Positions 51,627 to 61,382 of a stretch of 64,000 bases of DNA are shown here, in pieces (the stretch's first letter is position 1; every line of letters begins with the position of its first letter). Both the position numbers and the translations under genes were made by a program. This DNA is from a plasmid. The DNA lies in the sequence record NZ_CP123987.1, one strand, 5' to 3'. A model generated the notes under the pieces. The model saw only the letters and a list, made by a program, of their open reading frames with translations, had not been told where the DNA came from and made no database searches.

Positions 51627-52335
51627 TTGATTTACCCCATCTTGTAAAATATATTAAAAGTAAAGATATCAATAATGAAAGTAATACAGGACTCATAACA
51701 TCAAAAAGTTGTAAATTTATAATTTTAAAAATTCCTGAGGGCTGTACCCCTAATAGATACTGTGATATTTTATAATGGTACGAGTATGGAAATGCAAACC
51801 ACCATTGTGTTTGAGAAATGATAGATCCAAATAATAAACATACTAACGTATTAACTGCTATAAGCAAATAGCCATTTATAAAATTAGCTAAAAAATATAA
51901 CCACGGTATATTCCAAAATACAGATAACAATAACAGAAATATACTTAGTATACTTTTACTTAGTAATAATTCTGTATAACCACTAAAAAACTTATTTAAG
52001 ACAATTACTAGTATTATAAAAAAAAGACTTGATATTGCAACTCGTACAAAGATTAAGAAAATTTTTGCCAAATAAATTTGGAAACTCCACAAATTATACT
52101 TAACATTTTGAAAGTTTCCTGCTTTTTTCTCCATATTAAAATCCATTAAAAATAATAATCCTATTAGTAGGTATAAAAAAACAGATTCCCACCAATATAT
52201 GGCAAAAGGAGAAAAAATAATTACTCCCCCTACTAAAAAAGCAATTAAACCCGTTAATAAAGGGATGATCCATAAAAGTTTGTTTATTCTAACTTTTTTT
52301 AATTTCAATATTTCAGAAAACAAAGCTTTTATCAT
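51619..52335 (-). CDS. nisE: lantibiotic immunity ABC transporter permease, NisE homologue
   Basis: 238 aa multi-TM, overlapping F and G genes. Confidence 0.75.
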   Translation of the reverse strand: MIKALFSEILKLKKVRINKLLWIIPLLTGLIAFLVGGVIIFSPFAIYWWESVFLYLLIGLLFLMDFNMEKKAGNFQNVKYNLWSFQIYLAKIFLIFVRVAISSLFFIILVIVLNKFFSGYTELLLSKSILSIFLLLLSVFWNIPWLYFLANFINGYLLIAVNTLVCLLFGSIISQTQWWFAFPYSYHYKISQYLLGVQPSGIFKIINLQLFDVMSPVLLSLLISLLLIYFTRWGKSND

Positions 52336-53024
52336 ATGAAACTCTCTCCCTTCATAACATTAAAGAAAATCTCTTCAATATCTTTATAATTACTTTGAAT
52401 TTTATCATATACAACATGTCCTTTATCTAAAATGATAACTTGATCGACGATTCTTCCAATTTCATGTAGCTGGTGACTTGATATCAAAATAGTTACACCT
52501 TGTTTTTTTAATGACTTTAGTAAATCTAAAAATTCAATAACCCCATCAGGATCTAATCCGTTAATTGGTTCATCGAGAATTATAAATTTAGGTTGTGTTA
52601 AAATAGCCATTCCGATCCCCAATCTTTGTTTCATGCCAACTGAAAATTTACCTGCATGTTTTTTATCCGTGCTATCTAAACCAACTCTTTTTAAAACATC
52701 TTTAATTTGATTATTTGGAATATCATATAAAAGTGCTTTAGTTTTTAAATTATCAAAAGCTGATAAATTCGAATAAATTGGTGGTTGTTCAATCAAAGCA
52801 CCAATGTTACTAGTTTTTCCGTGACCTTCAAATAGTACTTGTCCTTTATCTGGTATTTCAATCCCATAAATAATTTTCATTAAAGTTGATTTTCCAACAC
52901 CATTCATCCCAAATAAACCACAAATAGTACCTTTTTCAATCGTAAAGCTTACATCCTTTAATACTTCTCTATCCTGGTATTTCTTAGAAATATTTTTCAC
53001 TTCAATTTTCATCTTATATATCAC
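52332..53024 (-). CDS. nisF: lantibiotic immunity ABC transporter ATPase, NisF homologue
   Basis: Walker A GMNGVGKST, signature SVGMKQRLGIGMAIL; high similarity to recalled NisF (ALIEQPPIYSNLSAFDNLKTKALL). Confidence 0.85.
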   Translation of the reverse strand: MIYKMKIEVKNISKKYQDREVLKDVSFTIEKGTICGLFGMNGVGKSTLMKIIYGIEIPDKGQVLFEGHGKTSNIGALIEQPPIYSNLSAFDNLKTKALLYDIPNNQIKDVLKRVGLDSTDKKHAGKFSVGMKQRLGIGMAILTQPKFIILDEPINGLDPDGVIEFLDLLKSLKKQGVTILISSHQLHEIGRIVDQVIILDKGHVVYDKIQSNYKDIEEIFFNVMKGESFI

Positions 53025-53075
53025 CTTATCTTTAATTATTCGGTAATAGTATAAGTAATTAAATTCATAATTAGA

Positions 53076-54242
53076 TCAGAATTTCTGGATTCCTAACTTT
53101 ACACTCACCCCATCATTTACTAGATTTGTAATTATCATGGTACCACCATGTCTGACTGCAACCGCTTGTGCAAAAGATAGTCCAATTCCATAATGCTTTC
53201 CACTACGGCCTTTATCTTCAGTAAAAAATAACTTTTGCGCATTAACTTGTGCTTCTTCTGAAAATGGTGCCCCATTATTCCATATTTCAAACCATAAAAA
53301 TTTTAAATCTTCAGTTACAGTAACCGATACTTGGGGATTACTTTTATCCGCATACTGACACGCATTAAGAAAAATGTTGATTAGTGCTCGTTTTAGAGCT
53401 GGAACATTAGCATGAAATTTCTTTAAATTAGTTTTTACCTTTAATCGATTATTCGTTTTGTTGACTATGGCAATATCTGTTAGTTCAAGAAAAAGTTCTT
53501 TAATAAATTCATTTAAATTTATTTCTTCGCTTATTGAATTTAAATTTAGTAACTTAGTATAATTAATCATTGTATTAAAATAATTTTCTAAAGTTTGAAT
53601 ACTGTTTTTCATAGATTCCATAAATTCTAATTGTCTCTTATCAGGATTAGTCAGTTCCAACAACTCTATATTTCCTTTTAATACAGTAAGTGGTGTTTTT
53701 ATATCATGAGATAATGCTGCTACCTGAAATGATAAATCTTCTTTTTCTATCCGTTCAGTCTCAATTAAAGTTGATAACTCATTACTTTTTTGATAGAGTT
53801 GCTTTAATACAGTATCAAATTCTTTAATTTTCGACTTAGGATAATCTTTAGTAACCTTATTCCCCATATTTAAAGCAATCTTTTGAATAGCTGTAAAATT
53901 TTTTGAAATCTCATGAATTAGTTTATAAATTGCAATAATGATTATTAATGATTCGTATATAATCAAAAATATATATGATATTTGATTATACGAAAACTTT
54001 CTCAAGACTGGATTAGTAAATTCCGGAACACTATTTTGTCTAATCACTAAGCTATATAACTTATTAGAAGATATAGTATAACTTGTAGTCCCATTTATAT
54101 AACTTTTATTCTTTACTTTAGCTAAGTAGTAATTATCTTTATCATTTTTTTGATATCTACTTGCTACAATTTTTCCTGTTCTCCTATCGAATACAATAAA
54201 GTCATAAGGATATTTTTTCATCGTTTGCCTAATATCCGTCAA
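53076..54242 (-). CDS. nisK: sensor histidine kinase, NisK homologue
   Basis: 388 aa; H-box LSHDIKTPLT and HATPase domain; paired with a NisR-like regulator. Confidence 0.8.
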   Translation of the reverse strand: MTDIRQTMKKYPYDFIVFDRRTGKIVASRYQKNDKDNYYLAKVKNKSYINGTTSYTISSNKLYSLVIRQNSVPEFTNPVLRKFSYNQISYIFLIIYESLIIIIAIYKLIHEISKNFTAIQKIALNMGNKVTKDYPKSKIKEFDTVLKQLYQKSNELSTLIETERIEKEDLSFQVAALSHDIKTPLTVLKGNIELLELTNPDKRQLEFMESMKNSIQTLENYFNTMINYTKLLNLNSISEEINLNEFIKELFLELTDIAIVNKTNNRLKVKTNLKKFHANVPALKRALINIFLNACQYADKSNPQVSVTVTEDLKFLWFEIWNNGAPFSEEAQVNAQKLFFTEDKGRSGKHYGIGLSFAQAVAVRHGGTMIITNLVNDGVSVKLGIQKF

Positions 54243-54265
54243 AGTAGTTTTATTAGAATCTAATA

Positions 54266-54895
54266 CTAAATAAACTTTATTCGGATTTGATATATATATT
54301 CGGAAATAGATCCAAATAAAGTTTCTGCATATTCGTCATATACATTATTATAAATGTCTTCACGACTATAAATATGAGAAGTCCTTCGTGAGAGCAATTC
54401 TAAAATATCATATTCACGACTAGTCAAAGGAATATCTTGACTATTAACGCATACCCTTCGTTCTTCCAAATAAAAAGTTATTTTCCCCATATCACGCTTA
54501 ACTTCTGCGAAATCCCGAACTGCTTGACGACTACGTTCTTCTCGTTTAATATTTGCATCAATTTTAGCTAATAACTGTTTCAAACTAAAAGGTTTGGTTA
54601 TATAATCATCACCACCAATTTTTAAACCATATAAAATATCTTCTTCATCATCTTTAGCACTTATAAAAATAATTGGCGTTGAAATCTTAGAACGAATCTG
54701 ATAACAAATTTCAGTTCCTGATATCTTTGACATCATAATATCTAATAAAATTAAATTAAAACCCTCAAAATCTGATAATTTTAACGGAACATGAACATTT
54801 TGGCAAGTTACAACCTCATAATTTTTCATTTCTAATGCTGTTTTCATAAGTTTTAAAATTTCTACATCATCATCTATAACTAAGATTCTATACAT
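54266..54895 (-). CDS. nisR: OmpR-type response regulator, close NisR homologue, C-terminus about 20 aa shorter than NisR
   Basis: MYRILVIDDDVEILKLMKTALEMKNYEV...ITKPFSLKQLLAKIDANIKREER...YLEERRVCVNSQDIPLTSREYDILELLS..ISEYIYQIRIKFI matches recalled NisR nearly colinearly; stops right after IRIKFI whereas NisR continues into the winged-helix wing. Confidence 0.8.
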   Translation of the reverse strand: MYRILVIDDDVEILKLMKTALEMKNYEVVTCQNVHVPLKLSDFEGFNLILLDIMMSKISGTEICYQIRSKISTPIIFISAKDDEEDILYGLKIGGDDYITKPFSLKQLLAKIDANIKREERSRQAVRDFAEVKRDMGKITFYLEERRVCVNSQDIPLTSREYDILELLSRRTSHIYSREDIYNNVYDEYAETLFGSISEYIYQIRIKFI

Positions 54896-54931
54896 ACGTC
54901 CTCTTCCTTATAATAATTTTTATAACTACAG

Positions 54932-56152
54932 TTAAAAATCATCAAATAACATTAATGATTTCATCCATTGCGTTTTCCCTTTATTTGAAAAACACTCATT
55001 TAAAGTTAAAATAATACCCGTTGTTCCCTCAAGAAAGCCTAAATTTCGAATATCTTTGTCAAAAATACTTTCTATTTCATCAGTATAGTTATTTATAAAT
55101 GTATCAAATTTTCTCGTTTTTGTAAGTTTCCTAAATAAAATGCATATCGAAACTATCCCTGACTTGCCATGACAAATCATGTTGGAATCTACATTCCGCA
55201 TTTCCTTAGTAGCTCTATATAGTATTTCTATTGCTTTTTTTATAAGGTATGAATTATCTTGAATTAGTCCAATATATAAATATAAAACACTTATTCCTGG
55301 ACTACCGTAACACCATGCGTCTCTTATAAATAAATCATTATCTTTTAAAATTGTTCTATTATTAACCAATTCATTATAATCTATTCCATCTTTCCAATGA
55401 AATTTATTCTTATCAACTAATTCAAATTTTTCATAAATCTGAATAATCCTTTCTAATCCGTGTAATATTTCCTTTTTCATAAAGCCCTTTTTATACGCAT
55501 AAGCCAATACACTTCCTACACCAGCAAGTCCATGTGACATACCTGTATTTAGACAACCATTAGGATAAATTTCGTTTTCTGCCTCTGACATTTGGTTACC
55601 TGTTTTAATATACATCGCTATCAATGAATCATTATCATCTAATAAGGTTAATAAAAAAATAATAATTTTTGTCACTAATTTGATATCTATATTATCTATT
55701 AAAAGCAGATACATGAGAATTCCTGATAATCCTTCAATCACATCATAATTAGGTGGAGTAACATTTCCAATATTAAACTCTCCAATTTCTTTGTCTACAT
55801 AATAACTAATGTAATCATTTAGACTTGCAATTAAATTTTGAAATCTCAAATCTTTTTTGAGTGGTAATAAACTTAATGCAATCCCAGCTGCACCTGAATA
55901 TAGAGAACCTGTTAAAAGTCCATATTTTGATAACTTTCCATATAAATAGTCACAATACTAATCAATTTTGGACTTATATGTCCTATCTAAATCTTCCATC
56001 TCTAATAACAGTAAAATAACCCCTGGTAATCCCGAAGAAAGCGTGAATTCTTCGAAATTGTATCGATAAGCATTCTGTTCAATTCTCCTGTCCCATTCTA
56101 ATATCACTCTGCCAAATTTATTTTTTAAAATTTTTCTTTTTATTTCTTCCAT
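54932..56152 (-). pseudogene. nisC: nisC-like lanthionine cyclase (LanC) interrupted by in-frame TAG at 55958-55960
   Basis: ORFs 55958..56152 (N-terminal 64 aa) and 54932..55849 (WCYGSPG and CHGKSG zinc-ligand motifs) are in the same frame, separated only by an amber codon (+ strand cta at 55958-55960); the combined length of about 406 codons matches LanC. Confidence 0.65.
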
Positions 56153-57938
56153 ATTTTTCTGCCCAATATAGTTCTTGATAGAAACTACAATCTTTTAAAA
56201 GTTCTTCATGAGTTCCAATACCTACTACTCTTCCTTTATTCATAACAATTATTTTTGATGCCTTACGAGCTACATTTAAATCATGTGAGATAAAAATAGA
56301 TATATTATCTTTGGATAGATTTACAAAATAATCAAATATTTCTTTTTCTGAAATTGGATCTAGCGCTGCACTTGGTTCATCTAATATATATACAGAAGCA
56401 TTTTTAAAAAAAGCTCTAGCCAAAGCTATTTTTTGCCACTGACCACCTGATAATTGCCTCCCATTTTGGAACCAAGTTCCTAATTGTAAATTTAAATTAT
56501 ATTCTCCATTCTCTTTTAAAAAATTTAACCTTAATTTATCCATAATATGTATAATCTTATTATCATCCCACTTCTCTGCAATATTACCAAGACCAATATT
56601 TTCCCTTAAAGTTAGCTCATATTTAACAAAATCTTGGAATAATATCGATATATTCTTTTGATAAAAATCTGTCGATATATGCTTATCTTCAATACCGTTA
56701 TAATATATATGACCTTTAGATGGTGTGTATAACTCTGAGATTAACTTTACTAGAGTACTTTTACCAGATCCATTTTCCCCTATTATCGCAATTAGTTCCC
56801 CTGTATGCATAGAAAAGTTTATTTTTTCTAAAGCATTGACAGAAGAGTTAGGATACTTATATTCAACATCTATTAGATCTATCCTTTTTATTCTGTTCTC
56901 ATCACCTATCCCTATGTTTTCACGATAATCACTTTGATTTTCTATTTTCAAAAAATTAAGTAATTGCTCCATAAACAAACTAGTATTATAAATAATATAA
57001 ATATTTTGTATGATTGTTTGTGAATAGCCATTTATCTTTGTAATTGCTTGCATAAGACTAACTAAATTTCCTATTAATATTCTTCCAGCTTGTACAGATA
57101 CTATAATAGTGCATATAACAAAAATATTGATAAAGTCTAATAAAATTTGAAGTCCCGAATTAAAATATGCTTTCTTTCTAGCAATAAGCAAATCTTGTAA
57201 TATAAAATCTTTTTTTAATTTCTTATACTCTTCCACAAAATAATCACTTAAATTATTTAATTTAATTTCCTTAAAAGAAAAGTCATGTGTCAATAAATAA
57301 ACTATATACCACGACTTTCTTTCTGCACTCGCTCTTTTCCATTGTATTAAAAATTCAAGTTGACCTACTTTTAAAAATATAATTAAAGATAACATAGGAG
57401 TTACTAATAACAGCAATCCTATCCATATGTTCCACGCCGCAACAAAAATCAAACTAGTCAGTAAAGATATAAAAGCAGCCAGCATAGTAATAACAGCATT
57501 AAAAAGTTGAAATGGTTTATACGTACTATCCTGTGTTATTTTCTCAATAAGATTATACATATCTGATTGTTCATAATCTGTCAACTTTAAGGAGGTTGTT
57601 TTTTTTATCAATTTTAAATTAATATTGTAAGAAAGCCACATATTAAATTTTCCGTTTATATAATTTTCTAATTGAGATAATATTACCGTAAATATTTGTA
57701 GTATTAAAAAATAAATAATATTATATACAAGCTGCATTCCTCGACTAAATATACTATTGATCAGATTTTGATAAACTATTAAATTTAATAGCGGAATTAA
57801 TGCCGTTACTATATTTAAGCACATTAAGTATGTTGCATATTTTCTTTCTAATTGAAAAATTAACTTAATCGTATCTGGAAGTGTTAATAATGTCTTAAAA
57901 AAATTTTTTGATGTTAGTTTTTTTATTTCATCCATCAT
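56118..57938 (-). CDS. nisT: lantibiotic ABC exporter without peptidase domain, NisT homologue
   Basis: 606 aa; 6-TM domain plus C-terminal ABC (GENGSGKST, LSGGQWQKIALARAF); overlaps nisB stop and nisC start. Confidence 0.85.
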   Translation of the reverse strand: MMDEIKKLTSKNFFKTLLTLPDTIKLIFQLERKYATYLMCLNIVTALIPLLNLIVYQNLINSIFSRGMQLVYNIIYFLILQIFTVILSQLENYINGKFNMWLSYNINLKLIKKTTSLKLTDYEQSDMYNLIEKITQDSTYKPFQLFNAVITMLAAFISLLTSLIFVAAWNIWIGLLLLVTPMLSLIIFLKVGQLEFLIQWKRASAERKSWYIVYLLTHDFSFKEIKLNNLSDYFVEEYKKLKKDFILQDLLIARKKAYFNSGLQILLDFINIFVICTIIVSVQAGRILIGNLVSLMQAITKINGYSQTIIQNIYIIYNTSLFMEQLLNFLKIENQSDYRENIGIGDENRIKRIDLIDVEYKYPNSSVNALEKINFSMHTGELIAIIGENGSGKSTLVKLISELYTPSKGHIYYNGIEDKHISTDFYQKNISILFQDFVKYELTLRENIGLGNIAEKWDDNKIIHIMDKLRLNFLKENGEYNLNLQLGTWFQNGRQLSGGQWQKIALARAFFKNASVYILDEPSAALDPISEKEIFDYFVNLSKDNISIFISHDLNVARKASKIIVMNKGRVVGIGTHEELLKDCSFYQELYWAEKYGRNKKKNFKK

Positions 57939-60898
57939 TATTTCCCTTTCAAAATATATTTTTCAGACATAATCATTTTTTTTACAATAAAATACAGATT
58001 TTGTTCCCTAACCCTATTAATTCCAAATAACCTATTATTATGTACATGTATAATACTATCCATAATAGTGTCAGCATTTTTTTTATCAATTATTAATTTT
58101 AGTTTTTTAATCTCTTCCTTAAGTCTATTAAAGTTGTATTTGTCAATCTCATATATGTCAGTTAACTGATTAAATACTACACTTTTATAGTATTGTATTT
58201 TAGACCTTACATTTTTATCTACCTTATTGGGACAGACTTTATCTAGAAAACATAAAATGTCTTCATTTGTTTTATAAAATATTTTTAAATAAAAATAAAT
58301 CATTGCAACTGCAATATCATCAAGTTTATCTTCCATGTTCTTTTCTTTTATAAATTTCAAATACTTTATTACAAGTTTAGAATCTTCACAGAAAATATTT
58401 TCAGCTATATCTATTGCATTAACTCCTCCATATCTCTCAATTTCGCGATCATATGTAGAAATATCAAAAGTCGATAAAATACCATTTCTATGACCTTGCT
58501 CCAAATCTTTTTTAATAACTTCATATATTTTATATAAATTATTACCACTTATCCTTATCCTTATTTGTGGTACTGGATCCATATAACGTAAGAAAAATAG
58601 TTTTCCGTCTAATTTTTCTACCTTTTTTTGAATCAGAGGTATGTAAACTCGTATAAACTCTTCTTGTCTCCTAGTCGACATATACACTTTTAGATATAAC
58701 CAATCATTGAATGGCAATTTCTCTCGAACATGTTTGGAGATTCTCTGTTGTTTTTCCTTGTTTACTTTTTTAACATCGAATTTACTATTAATAACTGGAA
58801 CCACTATCTCTGATATTTTTCCTTCACTATCTTTATATATCATGTCTTTATTATTAAAATATTCTTGTATAATGGCATGACCATTCTTTTCTATATTTCT
58901 TTTTATTTCTGACATAAACAGTTCAACATCAAGTGAATTTTTACGATTAATATATAGTTTGTTATCACCGTCAACAATATAAATTTCATTCGGTATATTT
59001 CTCTGCTTTATAATCGACTCTATTGCTATATTACTTAATTCAAATTTAAATATTCTCCATGTCTTAGGACTGACTACTATATCCTCAAACATAATTCGTG
59101 GAATAAAATTCATATCTTTATAGATTAAATCCCATGGTACATATCCAAAATTATTATTTATTGAAATTTCACATAAAAATCTTAGTTCATTACTAAATAA
59201 TGTCTTGTTATACATGCTTGTTACATAAAACTTCATTTTTTCTTGAGTAGACACATCATACGCATAAAAATTTTCATTTTCATCTAATCCAATATAAATA
59301 TTAGTTAGCCTTACTTCAGATTGATCAGTACTTGAGAAAATAGGAAGAACTTTTTCTCTTACAAAAGATGTTCGCATTATATTAGCGTGTCGTATATTTT
59401 CAGGAAGAAAAACTATTTCACAAGACGTCACCCCTTCTTCAATATTTGCAGCTTTCACTTGTTTAAGTGTCTTCATGTGATAATCCCTTAATTTATCTGA
59501 TAATAATGAGAACCTTCCAGAGGATCCCCCTATATTATTACTGCCTATAATATTGCTTAATGCTAAAGTTTTCTTCTTATTAATTTGGACCATATGAAAA
59601 AATAATTCTATTCCTTGTATTGAGGTACTTTCTTTGGAATTCAGATTTCTATAATAATTAGAAAAGCATTTCAAATTAATTTCCTCTCTATTTAATAAAG
59701 CTTCTATATATTTATTAATATACATTTCTTTTTCATCATGGGAATAATATGACGTTGGAGGCTCTAATTCAAAAACTTCATTCTGAGGATGCGTATAATC
59801 ATACGGTGCGCCAATTCCTTTTATTGGATCAAATAGTTCTATTAACTGCACATCTTGATCAATACCATATTTTTCAATGAATTTATCTTTATAGTCATCA
59901 AAATAAGTCCTAGTTACTGATTTAACAGTATTAGTTATAAAATTTGAAAATTTCTCTATTCTTTGTTTATTACTATTATCAATATATATATTCCCATCAT
60001 TATATAAATCTACTTGAATATAATTATCACTTTTATTAAGTCTAGCCATTTGGTGATATATTTCAATTAATTTATCAGAACCCGAACCTATTTCAATATG
60101 TGTATATTCTTCAATTAACTCTTGTATCTTTGTTAATATTTCTACATATTTTTTACTAACATCTATTTCCCTAACTTTCATTATGAAGTCTGACATAGAA
60201 AAATTAATTAGTATATTTTCTTGTAAATTTGATATTAGATAATGATTCTCTACTAAATCATTAATATATTCTTTTGTTAAATTTAAGTATTCATTACCAT
60301 ATATTGTTATAACCTTTTCTATGATTTCACTATATGTCTTATAAGTTTGGCTACACTCTTCTGATATAATTCGATAAACTTTAGAGTTATTAATACTAAC
60401 TTCCTCTAAATCTTGATCATTTATTGAATATAATTGCATAACACGATTTCCACTAATGTAATTTCCATTATTAGATATGAAAGATAAGTTTGATTGATAG
60501 TCCTTTTCTAATTTAAAAATTACATCTGTTAACCATTTAATATCTATAAAAACTACTTTGTGTGTTTTCCCTAATTCTTTCTTATCACCCTTAACGGTAA
60601 ATTTACCATTAGAAGTTTCACTAAATAGTCCAAAAGGAGTTGCTCGATAATAGCTCCTTTTATAATATTTATATATTGATTCAAAAAAATTTTTTTCTTT
60701 CTTTTTCTTTAGTTTTCCTGCATTATACTTTTTAAGCATTCCATACAGCTTAGGATTAGCCAATAATATTTGTTCAAGAAAAATATTATCATTTTTAATA
60801 ATTTCAATAAATTCCTTATAATTATTGAAATTTTGACTTTTTTCATATGTTTGAATTGTATTACGTATCATTACATCACTAACATTGAAATTATTCAT
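57938..60898 (-). CDS. nisB: class I lantibiotic dehydratase, NisB homologue
   Basis: 986 aa; N-terminal FLEQILLANPKLY, FESIYKYYKRSYYRATPFGLFSETS, EIVFLPENIRHANIM and C-terminal HVHNNRLFGI segments colinear with recalled NisB. Confidence 0.9.
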   Translation of the reverse strand: MNNFNVSDVMIRNTIQTYEKSQNFNNYKEFIEIIKNDNIFLEQILLANPKLYGMLKKYNAGKLKKKKEKNFFESIYKYYKRSYYRATPFGLFSETSNGKFTVKGDKKELGKTHKVVFIDIKWLTDVIFKLEKDYQSNLSFISNNGNYISGNRVMQLYSINDQDLEEVSINNSKVYRIISEECSQTYKTYSEIIEKVITIYGNEYLNLTKEYINDLVENHYLISNLQENILINFSMSDFIMKVREIDVSKKYVEILTKIQELIEEYTHIEIGSGSDKLIEIYHQMARLNKSDNYIQVDLYNDGNIYIDNSNKQRIEKFSNFITNTVKSVTRTYFDDYKDKFIEKYGIDQDVQLIELFDPIKGIGAPYDYTHPQNEVFELEPPTSYYSHDEKEMYINKYIEALLNREEINLKCFSNYYRNLNSKESTSIQGIELFFHMVQINKKKTLALSNIIGSNNIGGSSGRFSLLSDKLRDYHMKTLKQVKAANIEEGVTSCEIVFLPENIRHANIMRTSFVREKVLPIFSSTDQSEVRLTNIYIGLDENENFYAYDVSTQEKMKFYVTSMYNKTLFSNELRFLCEISINNNFGYVPWDLIYKDMNFIPRIMFEDIVVSPKTWRIFKFELSNIAIESIIKQRNIPNEIYIVDGDNKLYINRKNSLDVELFMSEIKRNIEKNGHAIIQEYFNNKDMIYKDSEGKISEIVVPVINSKFDVKKVNKEKQQRISKHVREKLPFNDWLYLKVYMSTRRQEEFIRVYIPLIQKKVEKLDGKLFFLRYMDPVPQIRIRISGNNLYKIYEVIKKDLEQGHRNGILSTFDISTYDREIERYGGVNAIDIAENIFCEDSKLVIKYLKFIKEKNMEDKLDDIAVAMIYFYLKIFYKTNEDILCFLDKVCPNKVDKNVRSKIQYYKSVVFNQLTDIYEIDKYNFNRLKEEIKKLKLIIDKKNADTIMDSIIHVHNNRLFGINRVREQNLYFIVKKMIMSEKYILKGK

Positions 60899-60977
60899 TT
60901 TTTCAAGCCCCTTTCACCTATTAAAAAAATGGGATAGCAAATCATCAAATTGATCTACGCTATCCCTTACTTTCTTA

Positions 60978-61157
60978 CTATTTACTTATATGTACATGAC
61001 AACCACATGATGCAGTTTTCATTGTACATCCCATTAGTGCACCTGTTTTGCAACCTGGGGTACAAAGTGAGTAGCTTGTAATTTTAACTGAATAATTTGA
61101 ATTTGTACTTTCCTTTGATACTTTTACTAAATCCAATTTAAAATCATTAACACTCAT
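60978..61157 (-). CDS. nisA: nisin-family class I lantibiotic precursor peptide (59 aa), not in the supplied ORF track
   Basis: own translation of the reverse strand: MSVNDFKLDLVKVSKESTNSNYSVK-ITSYSLCTPGCKTGALMGCTMKTASCGCHVHISK; GGAGG RBS 8 nt upstream; FNLD-type leader box (FKLDL); all nisin ring-forming Ser/Thr/Cys conserved; directly upstream of nisB. Confidence 0.85.
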   Translation of the reverse strand: MSVNDFKLDLVKVSKESTNSNYSVKITSYSLCTPGCKTGALMGCTMKTASCGCHVHISK

Positions 61158-61221
61158 TTAGAAAACCTCCTAATAACCCTTTAATTGTTTGTTCTAGAAC
61201 GTCACTATAATATGTTATTAT

Positions 61222-61239
61222 TTTCAGATTTTGTTCAGA
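61222..61239 (-). promoter_or_regulatory. NisR-type direct-repeat operator (TCTGA-N6-TCTGA) in the precursor-gene promoter
   Basis: minus strand reads TCTGAACAAAATCTGAAAA followed by a -10-like TATTATAGT about 45-60 nt upstream of the lanA ATG; same TCT-N8-TCT spacing as the nisA promoter. Confidence 0.6.
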
Positions 61240-61382
61240 ATACATATTATTTAAACTGATAATTTTAAAACCATGGAAAAATCTTTAAAATAAAAAATGC
61301 CAAAGATTAACATTTCAGCAATGTAACCTTCAGCATTTTCTTAACTTAAACTATTTTTAATTAGATTCAATTCTAATATTTT

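Noticed and set aside
53025-53075. Second NisR-box (TCT-N8-TCT) upstream of the nisF homologue
   Set aside because: Closest candidate CCAGAAATTCTGA has TCC/TCT spacing of 9 rather than 11; not a convincing operator
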